The notes beneath the pieces are model-generated. The model made no database searches, was not told the DNA's origin, and was given only the letters and a program-made list of their open reading frames with translations. Positions 36,711 through 45,900 of a stretch of 64,000 bases of DNA are shown here, one piece after another (position 1 is the stretch's first letter; each line of letters opens with the position of its first letter). Origin of the DNA: a virus; IMG/VR virus record IMGVR_UViG_3300037189_014399, positions 32,001-96,000 of that record. One strand, given 5' to 3'. The position numbers and the translations under genes are program-made.

Positions 36711-39137
36711 TTAGCACGCTCCACCAGAACCATATGAGCCCTGACAACAGCTTGTACAGGTACATGGGTTAGATGGGTTTGCATAGTCTGCAGAGGTACA
36801 TCTATAGTTGCCTGAGGATGCAGGAGTAGAGGTTGGTGCCGGAGTGCTTGTTGCTGGAGCATAATCTCCCTGGCAGATATTAGGGCAAGAGCCAGGAGTA
36901 ATACACCAAGTACCGTTTCCATAAGTTCCGCAAGCCCCACCGTAGCTAACGCATGTTGAGCATGAGGTGGCTGTAGGGGCAGGAGTAGATGTTGCAGTAG
37001 GAGTAGGAGTTGGATTACATGCTGGGCAGTTAGTGTAATTATAATCCGCACAACCTGAAGCTGTTCTACAAATAATATAAGTATTACCGCAAGCATCTCC
37101 GCAAGACATTGTTTCGTAAGCTGGGTGTGATCCCCATCCTACGCAAGCACTGCAATTTGTGGTAGAAGTAGGTGTAGGAGTAGAAGTAGAAGTCGCTGTG
37201 GGTGTGGGGGTAGGTGTAGGCGTTGATGATAAACAATACTGGAACTGTCCAGAAGTACATACATATGTTAACCCTAAGTCACTACATGTATTAGTTGTTG
37301 ATCGTGTAGAGGTGTAAGATCTTCCATCATTTGGAGGACATGCAGAAGTAGGAGTAGGTGTAGAAGTAGTTGTAGTAGTTGGTGTAGGTGTAGGTGTAGA
37401 TTGTGGTCCGCAGTTTGCAACAGGACCTGAAGTATTAAACCCGAATACATAACCAGAGCCGCCACAGTCAGCGTTAGCTACTTGTCGTCCAGTTGTATTG
37501 TAGCTGTTATAAGCCCCGTCACTATATTGACCTGGGTTACCACAGCAGTAATAGTAAGTAGTTGTAGGAGCAGGAGTAGATGTAGCTGTAGGAGTAGGAG
37601 TAGGTGTAGAAGTAGTTGTAGAAGTAGCCGTTGGTGTAGGTGTTGGAGTAGAGCCTGAACAGTTCTTACTCTGACATGATGGGTATCCAGATGTACTGTA
37701 TGAAAGCGATGAGTAGCTACCGCAGTTTCCTACAAACGTTGCTACCATCTCGTTATAGGTGTTTCCTGAGAACTGGGCGCAGTATCCATCGCAACAAGCA
37801 GTTCCGTAATAGGTTGTTCCACCAGAAGTTGGAGTAGGTGTAGCAGTAGCAGTAGCCGTTGGAGTAGGAGTAGGGGTAGAAGTAGTACATGTGTACGGGT
37901 TACTGTATCCCTGAGTACACGTAGTTGAGTAACCAGTTCCTGATCCAGATTGGTTTGCAGAATATGGACCAGATAATGAACAACCAACAGGTGTTGACTG
38001 AACATAAGTAATGCAGTAGTACCCATAGGTTGAAGTAGCTGTAGGAGTAGGAGTAGGTGTAGGAGTTACCGCTCCTGGACAGTTACCTGGGTAACCTGAA
38101 GTTAATACGTTATAGCCTAATGAAGGACAGTAGGTGTAAGCCGAAGTAGCTGTAGGAGTAGGAGTAGGGGTAGGCGTTGAAGTACAAGTACCGTTAACTT
38201 GATACTGTGCGTAATAACTTGGACTATATGTACCGCCACTAAATGTAGTTTGACCACATACCCAAGAGCTAATAGATGTTGATCCTGAAATACTGCTGTA
38301 AGCTTCTGCGCAGTATGCACTTGCGCTGCTGTAACCAAACAAAGTAACATCAATGCCGTCGTATCCATTTGACCCTGAAGACGTACAATACCCATAGGAT
38401 ACGTATATAGATCCTGTTGTAGGTGTGGGTGTGGGGGTAGGTGTTGGCGTAGATGTGCCTGATGATGCGGTGGTAAAAGATGTAGGTGCGCTACCGCATG
38501 CTGTTCCATTTAAGTAGCCAATAAGCGTTGCAGTGTAATTAGTTGCTGCACTTAATCCTGAAACAAGGATAGGCAAAGAAGAGCCAGTAGCAACGATACT
38601 TCCACCAATACTTACAGCAACTGAAGTATAAGCCTGAGTATTTCCAGTTATATAGGCAGCGTTTGTCGTCCAAGCCTGGCCTGCTCCGGCACCGTAAGCA
38701 GTTGCAGAGCTAATACATGAACCACCAGTTGTAGGTGTGGGGGTAGGAGTAGATGTAGCAGTTGGAGTAGGTGTAGGAGTAGGGGTAACTGTCGGAGCAA
38801 TATAATTATAATAAGTAAGATCAACTACCTGTGCAGATAGGTAGTATCCAGAGGCTACGCTCTGAGTAATGATCTGTTGATTATTTCCTGAAGTTGCTCC
38901 GGATGTAACTGCTGTAGAAGTCCCTACAGTATTTCCTGAAGAGGTAATTGCTGTAGTTGCAGCAGATAAAGTAGATCCGACTACGTTAGGTACTGTAACC
39001 GGAGGAACAAGAACTTGTCTCCATACAGTGTTATTTTTTGCATAGCCGTAGGTAACGCTACGCCAAGTACCATTTACTTTGACGTATGCCCTGTAGAGTG
39101 TTCTCCAGGTACCATTGATGCGTACATTACCGGCCAT
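36711..39137 (-). CDS. modular Cys-rich, (Thr-Pro)n-linked fibre/adhesin with PASTA-like domain
   Basis: NGTWR repeat N-terminus; VTVPNVVG...IITQS PASTA-like segment; FN3-like SGLSAATNYT; 10 TP linkers; 46 Cys. Confidence 0.75.
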   Translation of the reverse strand: MAGNVRINGTWRTLYRAYVKVNGTWRSVTYGYAKNNTVWRQVLVPPVTVPNVVGSTLSAATTAITSSGNTVGTSTAVTSGATSGNNQQIITQSVASGYYLSAQVVDLTYYNYIAPTVTPTPTPTPTATSTPTPTPTTGGSCISSATAYGAGAGQAWTTNAAYITGNTQAYTSVAVSIGGSIVATGSSLPILVSGLSAATNYTATLIGYLNGTACGSAPTSFTTASSGTSTPTPTPTPTPTTGSIYVSYGYCTSSGSNGYDGIDVTLFGYSSASAYCAEAYSSISGSTSISSWVCGQTTFSGGTYSPSYYAQYQVNGTCTSTPTPTPTPTATSAYTYCPSLGYNVLTSGYPGNCPGAVTPTPTPTPTATSTYGYYCITYVQSTPVGCSLSGPYSANQSGSGTGYSTTCTQGYSNPYTCTTSTPTPTPTATATATPTPTSGGTTYYGTACCDGYCAQFSGNTYNEMVATFVGNCGSYSSLSYSTSGYPSCQSKNCSGSTPTPTPTATSTTTSTPTPTPTATSTPAPTTTYYYCCGNPGQYSDGAYNSYNTTGRQVANADCGGSGYVFGFNTSGPVANCGPQSTPTPTPTTTTTSTPTPTSACPPNDGRSYTSTRSTTNTCSDLGLTYVCTSGQFQYCLSSTPTPTPTPTATSTSTPTPTSTTNCSACVGWGSHPAYETMSCGDACGNTYIICRTASGCADYNYTNCPACNPTPTPTATSTPAPTATSCSTCVSYGGACGTYGNGTWCITPGSCPNICQGDYAPATSTPAPTSTPASSGNYRCTSADYANPSNPCTCTSCCQGSYGSGGAC

Positions 39138-39153
39138 GCTGTAGGCTCAGTCC

Positions 39154-39384
39154 TTAGATGTACTGAAACCAAACGTCTCCGTCGTTTCCACCAGTTGGTC
39201 CGCTTGCGGACAAGGTAACGTTACGGACTACGTTAAGCGAGGTTGAGGCTGTTGTTACCTGTCCATTAGTTACGTTAACTGCACCAATAGATGATGGGGT
39301 AATACCCAAAGCGGTTACATCAAGCTGTGGGGTTCCAAATGCATCCCAAGTTCCAGTAGAGGAATTCCATTTTCTAATTGCCAT
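39154..39384 (-). CDS. small fibre-associated protein
   Basis: C-terminal SGPTGGNDGDVWFQY motif typical of phage fibre joints. Confidence 0.6.
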   Translation of the reverse strand: MAIRKWNSSTGTWDAFGTPQLDVTALGITPSSIGAVNVTNGQVTTASTSLNVVRNVTLSASGPTGGNDGDVWFQYI

Positions 39385-39956
39385 TAATTGACTCCATACA
39401 CTAGTGCAGTACCGGACATAGTTCCGGATGACAAAGATAGGTTTACAGTGCTAATAGCTGCTGGTGTTTTATAAAGTGCAGCGGTATTAATTATTGATCC
39501 GTTGTTTCCTTGAAGAGAAGCAAACTGCCAAGAAGCTGAATCTTGAGTATCTTCCATCCATAGGATTAATCCATTACTTGTAACGTTTGCTGATAATGGA
39601 ATCTGGAATAGTGCAGTAGTAACTGAGCTACCACCGATAACTTGTCCGGCATAGTTAGCTGCTGTATCAGCATTTAGGGTTACAGAAAGAGTTGCGCTAG
39701 CAGAGGCAGTGATTCCTCGAATAACAATAGCCACATCTTTATAGATTGAGGGTACCGCTAGGTTAGCTGCAGATCCTGAAAGAGTTACTGTGCTAAATAG
39801 ATTCTTACCCGCATTGTTTAATGGGTTTGAATCAATCCAGATATCACCATTGGTTGGGTTAGTTGGTGCCGCTGTGCCAATAAAAACTCTACTGCTAGGG
39901 TTACTATCAGTGAAGTTAATAGGGCTACTTGGCACACCGTTGTTGTTGATTGCCAT
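39384..39956 (-). CDS. fibre-associated beta-rich protein
   Basis: FIGTAAPTNPTNGDIWID; C-terminal GT..VYGV. Confidence 0.6.
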   Translation of the reverse strand: MAINNNGVPSSPINFTDSNPSSRVFIGTAAPTNPTNGDIWIDSNPLNNAGKNLFSTVTLSGSAANLAVPSIYKDVAIVIRGITASASATLSVTLNADTAANYAGQVIGGSSVTTALFQIPLSANVTSNGLILWMEDTQDSASWQFASLQGNNGSIINTAALYKTPAAISTVNLSLSSGTMSGTALVYGVN

Positions 39957-39965
39957 GTGTTACTC

Positions 39966-40307
39966 CTATGAAAGTTCTGAACCGAATGCTTGGAAAGCTA
40001 AACCTGTACTTGATGAATAAACTCCAACAACGTCATTTGTTGCAAGGGTAAGACCTACGGTATAGGTAGTAGTTGTATTTGCTGGAATGGTTGTTCCTGA
40101 TGCAAAGTACTGTTTTGTTGACAGAGTAGCTCCACCCTGACGAATAGCAATGCTGTAAGTAGCAGCTGAAGAGGTTGTGTTGCAAACTGAGATTGTGGAA
40201 AGTACAGCGCCTGTCTTTGGAGAAGCTACAGTGTAGAGGGCCACCTCTGTAGAGGCTGATCCACTAGTAGGGTTAGCCTGCCCCAAGATCTTATAAGCTG
40301 TTGCCAT
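39966..40307 (-). CDS. small virion structural protein
   Basis: MATAYKILGQ, ISVCN, IPANTT, AFGSE; resembles 46887..47189. Confidence 0.6.
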   Translation of the reverse strand: MATAYKILGQANPTSGSASTEVALYTVASPKTGAVLSTISVCNTTSSAATYSIAIRQGGATLSTKQYFASGTTIPANTTTTYTVGLTLATNDVVGVYSSSTGLAFQAFGSELS

Positions 40308-41385
40308 GTTTCTCCCCTAAATAAAAAGCTAGATTTGATTTTAGACGTTGATCGTTTGGACTTAATTGTAACGCTTCAGACCCATATTTAATGGCTTTCT
40401 CCAAATGATCTGCTTTTTCTTCTCTAGTTTCTACAGACTTATACAAGTTAAAATGAGAAATTGCAGCATAGTCGTGGGGGAGACTGCCCCAGGCAAACTC
40501 CTCACATAGATACTCCAAAGGCTTTTCTGTAATCTTTAGGGCCATTTCCGCTACCTGGTAGCAGGCAGTGCTCCATCCGGTCTCATAGTAATAACCAGCA
40601 AGCTCTACTAAAGCCTCTCTTCTATCGGGGGCTTCGTCGTACGCCTTGCGTAACCACTCATGACGCTCTTCACCTTCAGATAGCTTTGCTATATATCTCA
40701 TTGAGGCTGCACGTTCTGGTTTCCATAGTGCTCCTGGCAGAGATAGATGACGTAGGAACTCAGCCTTAGCTTCCTCAGCTTTGCCATAGAAGTAAAGTTC
40801 TCTGGCATAGTAGAAGGCGTTGCGATCATCGTTTGGATCTTCAACTACAGATTGAGCTAACAGGGGAAGGTATTGCCCACGGGACTTAGAGTTATCTGGG
40901 TAGTGGTGGATCTCAAGATCACACCATTCCTGGGTCTCAGGTATGCGGTCAGATACAAGGACTTCGTGTACCGGATGCTTCCACCTATAGCCCTTACGAG
41001 CATGGATCTTATCTCCGCCGTATTGAAGGCCTGGAGTGCCGTCTTCATTCCAAGACCAAGTGTACTTGTATCGAACTCTAGTTGCCTCGGTGGATTCCAA
41101 TTGGGTACGCCAACCAGGTAAGAAAACCTCATCCATATCTAAGGCTACACACATGTCAATGTCTGCTGGCAAAGCAGCCAGAGATGCATTACGTGCGTCA
41201 TCAAAACGCCAAGGATTGATTGTAATAGAGATTGTATTTATGCCAAGCTTATTGGCAAGCTCTACGGTTCCATCTGTGGAGCCAGTATCGGCTATAAGGA
41301 GGTAGTCTGCCTCTTTAGCAGATTCAAACCATCGCTCTACAAACTGTGATTCGTTTTTAGCAATGGTATATACGGCTATTTTCAT
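40291..41385 (-). CDS. GT2 glycosyltransferase with TPR repeats
   Basis: IAKNE, DTGSTDGT, FDDARN, LDMDE (DxD), PVHE; helical TPR-like C-half. Confidence 0.9.
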   Translation of the reverse strand: MKIAVYTIAKNESQFVERWFESAKEADYLLIADTGSTDGTVELANKLGINTISITINPWRFDDARNASLAALPADIDMCVALDMDEVFLPGWRTQLESTEATRVRYKYTWSWNEDGTPGLQYGGDKIHARKGYRWKHPVHEVLVSDRIPETQEWCDLEIHHYPDNSKSRGQYLPLLAQSVVEDPNDDRNAFYYARELYFYGKAEEAKAEFLRHLSLPGALWKPERAASMRYIAKLSEGEERHEWLRKAYDEAPDRREALVELAGYYYETGWSTACYQVAEMALKITEKPLEYLCEEFAWGSLPHDYAAISHFNLYKSVETREEKADHLEKAIKYGSEALQLSPNDQRLKSNLAFYLGEKHGNSL

Positions 41386-41399
41386 AGCCTAATTGTAGC

Positions 41400-41822
41400 T
41401 TAAGCGATACCCGCTACGTTAACAATAGTCTGCTTGCCGTAGATGGTTGTTCCACCATCTGGGCTAAAGAACTGATATACAGAACGAGCATTGGTTGTAA
41501 CTGTTGGGGCAGATCCACCAGACCAGGTAACACCTGTCCATGAGACTGTATAAGCACCAGCGTTAGCAATTTCAAGATACCACTCTGATGCGTAGGTTGA
41601 AATCATGCCTGTAACGTTCCATGAAAGGGTTGCGTTACCTGAAAGAACAATCTTTTGATAGCCGCTTCCAACGCCAGATGAAGAGGTTGTGTTTTGATTG
41701 GCTGGAACTAAAGCTACAGTTCCATTAACGCCGGTTGTGTATGCGCCAGCGTATGTTGTTCCTGCGTTGATGTATGAGGCAGAACTCTTCTGTAGTTGCT
41801 CTGGGTATGATGTTAATGCCAT
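41400..41822 (-). CDS. fibre-tip-like protein, paralog 3
   Basis: W.GGSAPT.....FFSPDGGTTIYG. Confidence 0.6.
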   Translation of the reverse strand: MALTSYPEQLQKSSASYINAGTTYAGAYTTGVNGTVALVPANQNTTSSSGVGSGYQKIVLSGNATLSWNVTGMISTYASEWYLEIANAGAYTVSWTGVTWSGGSAPTVTTNARSVYQFFSPDGGTTIYGKQTIVNVAGIA

Positions 41823-42232
41823 TATGCGTACGCTACCGTTCTTCCCTTAATGTTTACGCCATCTACAGTGTAGAACTCATAGATAGCAAATCCTGTGCTT
41901 AAAGTTGGGGCGTTGTAGCTTCCGCCATCAAATACGACAGAGGTTCCTGTAGCGGGAAGGGCTACTGCAAAGTTAATATTATTGATTGTTCCTGAAGGCT
42001 TAAACTCTACAATCCACTTGTAAGCATGTCCAGCAGTTGCGTTTGTTACAAGGTCAAACTTTAATGAGATTACAGATCCTGGAGTTAGCACACGAATGTA
42101 AGGTGTTGCAATTGGATCTACTGTTTGATCAGAGCTTGGTGATGTAATCGTGCTCTTAAGCGCATAAGAAGTAGAGTTGTTATAAGCCAATGTAGCCGGC
42201 TTGAAGATATCCGGGTAAGTTGTAAAAGGCAC
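41822..42232 (-). CDS. fibre-tip-like protein, paralog 2
   Basis: FDGGSYNAPTL....EFYTVDGVNIKG. Confidence 0.6.
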   Translation of the reverse strand: MPFTTYPDIFKPATLAYNNSTSYALKSTITSPSSDQTVDPIATPYIRVLTPGSVISLKFDLVTNATAGHAYKWIVEFKPSGTINNINFAVALPATGTSVVFDGGSYNAPTLSTGFAIYEFYTVDGVNIKGRTVAYA

Positions 42233-42240
42233 GATACTCC

Positions 42241-42684
42241 TTAGGAAGCTAGTGTGAAGAGAAGCTTGCCATTAATGGTTACACCATCATGGCTAGTGAA
42301 CATAATTGTGTTCTTGCCGTTTGCTGTAGCAAGAAGTGTAGGTGCAACACCACCGTCCCATGTGATACCTGAGAAGTTAAATGTGTATGTTGTGCCCTGA
42401 GAAACCTCTACGTACCACACTGTTGGGCGGTACATTGTTGCTCCGTATACATCTGTGTAGGATCCAGGCACCCCAGTAAAGCTAACAGTTGTGTTAGCTA
42501 CTGGGTTGTATAGCCTGACAAATCCACCGTCTGTTGGGTTAAGAGTTAGGATGTTATTACGTAATGCTCCCATAGGAAAGTTTCCTCCGGAGATATTACA
42601 TACCTGTACCCGAGATGCATGGGCACTGTTGATAAAGATATCTTGGCTTTGACCAAGCACCTGGGGTACAGATGTAATAGACAT
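42241..42684 (-). CDS. fibre-tip-like protein, paralog 1
   Basis: WDGGVAPTL....FTSHDGVTING. Confidence 0.6.
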   Translation of the reverse strand: MSITSVPQVLGQSQDIFINSAHASRVQVCNISGGNFPMGALRNNILTLNPTDGGFVRLYNPVANTTVSFTGVPGSYTDVYGATMYRPTVWYVEVSQGTTYTFNFSGITWDGGVAPTLLATANGKNTIMFTSHDGVTINGKLLFTLAS

Positions 42685-42969
42685 TTACTTACTCTTTTCC
42701 TTCTTCTTGTCCTCGATAGCTGGGGCTTCTTCCTCAGCTTCGATTACCGCATCGAATCCAGCACCATTCCAGAGTGAACGAGCAACTCCGGCAATTGTTT
42801 CTGGATACCAGATTTCATTTTCAAGAGTCCAGCCTGCTGCTGGACGGACAGCTTGGTGGGTCACATCTACAGCTGTGTAGAGCTGACCCGCTTCACCAAG
42901 GTCTGCCACTGAGTCGGCAACAAGGACATTTACGACCTTGTTACCGTCTAGTAGTGCGTAATACGCCAT
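42685..42969 (-). CDS. fibre assembly chaperone-like protein
   Basis: MAYYALLD.NKVVNV.VAD...GW; follows the Gly-rich fibre. Confidence 0.55.
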   Translation of the reverse strand: MAYYALLDGNKVVNVLVADSVADLGEAGQLYTAVDVTHQAVRPAAGWTLENEIWYPETIAGVARSLWNGAGFDAVIEAEEEAPAIEDKKKEKSK

Positions 42970-42984
42970 CAGTTATACTCCTTA

Positions 42985-45900
42985 TTAGAATGTGGTCTTA
43001 TCGAACCAACGGATGATTGCTACACCGTCAGATCCGTTTCCACCGTTTGAGTTGTAACCAAGGTATGTTAGACCTGAGATATCAACGTCAACAATGTCAC
43101 CAGAATCTAGGTAGTCAAACTCCCATGTTACATCGAAGAGGTAAGCATTTGCTGGAGCTGGCTGTGTTGTCCAACCACCTGACTGTGTGTAAACGATTGC
43201 GTTTGAAGCGTTTACAGAACCAAGGTAGTTAACTGTGTTGAGTGCTGTGAACACGATGTCGTAGATAGGACGGTCTTCACGAATGATTACGTTGTTCTGA
43301 TCCTTCCAACGGATTGTTGGACGAGCACGCTTTGTAGTTCCAGCAAATGCTGGGCTAGAGATTGAGCTTGTTGGAGATGATGTCAAACGAGCTGCAAGTG
43401 CAGGAAGCGTAATGATTGTACGTGGCAAGATCTGGAATGTCTGAGACAGTGTTACGATCTTGACGTTACCGTCATCTTGTGCTGTTACACGTAGGCCGTT
43501 TGTACCAAAGATACCAGCAGATGCAGAAGCCTGAATATCTGTTGCGTTGTATAGAGGCATCCACTTGTAGAATTCAGCAGATGTTGCTTCGTATGCAACT
43601 GCAGCGTTAGCAGGGAAGTGCATGATTGGTAGATCAGGGTTGTTACCAAAGTTGGTAGAACCACCGCCACCACCGGAACCTGTGTTAGGGATTGCATCGA
43701 TACCACGTGCGAAGTAGTTACCTGAAGATGAACCCCATGCAGTCTGGAGTGTGCCCTGTGAAAGATCAACGATGACGTTACCGCCACCCTTACCTCCACC
43801 AGCAGTTCCACGACCTGGAGCCATGTATGGGTTGAACTGGTAACCAGCTGCTGAAGTACCAACACCACCAGATGTCCATGTTACCCAACCTGCACCACCG
43901 CCACCTGCACCAAGTGCAAGTCCAAGTGATGATCCGCTGTTTAGACCTGAGACAACTGTTCCCTGACCACCATCACCGGCGATGCCTGGGATAGCTGAAC
44001 GGCCGTTAGAAGATGTGTTCATGATTGCGTAACCACCAGCGTTACCACGACCTGGGAATGCAGGCTGTGAGAATGCTGCGGTTGTCTGCCAACCAGCAAC
44101 AGGAATTGGGTTAGTTGTAGATGTAACTGCCTGTAGGTAGCTCTGTGCGTTCTGACCAGGAGTCAAAGAACCAGCACCACCACCAGCGACTGCAAGAGCA
44201 CCAGCTGTAGAGTTGTATGCAGCGTGACCACCGTTGTGTGCACCCTGGATACCAAACATCCAGTAAAGGTTGTTGGTGTTGTAGGTACCACCACCGCCAC
44301 CGCCTTCTGCGGCAACTGTCCAGCTTGAGATCAACTGTGATGCACCTGTCTGGCCTGACCAGAAGTAGGTTACGTTATCTGCCTTCTTAGGGAAGGTAGC
44401 AGCTGATGCAAGTTCAAGCTGTGGAGCGATCAAGTTGTACTGTACCTGAGTACCTGTACCGACTGCGCCACGGTATACAGAGAAACCAACACGAGCGTAT
44501 ACAGCGTTTGCTGTAGCCACTGCACCGGCACCTGTACCAACTGGTGTTGAGGCAAGAGGAGCCACTGCACCGTTAACACCAATACGTGCACCGTAGTTTG
44601 TAGCTGGCATAACAGCAGCAACTGCTGAGTAACCATTGAAACCAAGGAACATGTTTGGACCAACAGAGCGTGAGATTGGCTGGTAGTCAGCATCAAGCCA
44701 CTCAATGAAGCCTGTGATTGGCCAGTACTGGTTAGCAGTACCTGAACCAAAGGCGTACATAGAAGCTGAGTATGTCTGACCGGCAGTTACACGAACTGGG
44801 CGGTGTGCAACTTCGAGGTTACCGTTTGAGTTGGTTGATGATGAAAGAACCAAAGAGGTACCGAAGTTATAGACAGGAGGCTGCCATGTTGTAGGTGTTG
44901 AGCCTAGTTCAAGCTGAAGGTTATCAACAAGCAAGCTTGAGATGCTTGGCTGCTGAACGATCAATGTTGGGTACATGAATAGCGGAGATGTACCGTATGC
45001 ATATGTACCTGTTGCCTGAGCTGCGGCAAGACCTGGCATTGTGAATGTTGCTGATACACGAACCCAACGGTTTGTAAGAACCTGCTGACCAGATGGTGTA
45101 CCGAATGTGATCGATACAGGACCAGTGATAGCCTGAGTTGAGTTGGCGCTCAATGTAACTGTTGTACCGTTAATCGCTGTAATGTAGTTTGTAGTAGCCA
45201 AACCAGTTGGAGCAGATGTGATGTACATACCTGTAGTCAAACCAGTTGCGCTCGCTACTGTGAACTGGTTTACACCAGATCCGTAGCTACCAGTAATGGT
45301 TGTCGCAGTTGATGCACCGTAACCTGAGATAGGTGTAGGTGTTGCCTGACGTACGAAGAAGCCGTTAGCTGTACCACCAGCAGCATCGATTGATGATGTT
45401 GAAAGTGTTACAGGTGTACCACCAAGGTAGTTCTGGTTAACAGCAGCACCGTAAGTTGAGCCAGCAGAACGAAGCTGGAACAAGAATGGTGTAGAACCTG
45501 AGTTGATTACTGTGTTAGTCCATACATAAGCTGACAATGTGTATGTCTGGCCTGGGATGAATGGAACACCAGCATAACCGGTCTGTGACTGTGTTGCAGA
45601 ACCTACAGCTGTGGCGGTCTGAGTTGAGAAGATAACCCATGACGGAGTACCAGATGTAGTTGATGTACCAGTTGAAAGTGAAAGTGAGTTAAGACCCACA
45701 GTACCTGTGTATGAAGCAGTTACTGACTGAGCAGCAATTGTTGCGTTCAACGCCTGGTTCAAGTAAACAGTTGTTCCTGAGATGCTTGTGATAAATGTAC
45801 CGGTTGGGAAACCTGTACCAATCAAGAACATGTTAGGGATCAAACCTGTTGTGCTTGCAAGGGTTGCAAAGAAGTTACCTGAAGTACCGGTAGCAGTAGT

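Noticed and set aside
36686-38509. Leu/His/Gln-rich ORFs such as 36686..37096 and 38117..38509
   Set aside because: Off-frame readings of the ACT-CCT (Thr-Pro) repeats.
36800-38800. Recurrent GTAGGA/GTAGGT repeats separated by unique sequence, superficially CRISPR-like
   Set aside because: Degenerate, variable-length, in-frame coding repeats; no cas genes.
32768-41385. Oxygenase plus glycosyltransferases as a DNA hypermodification (TET/JBP-type) system
   Set aside because: The oxygenase has P4H-type rather than TET/JBP motifs, no methyltransferase or nucleotide enzymes are adjacent, and the genes sit among late fibre genes. Not formally excluded.
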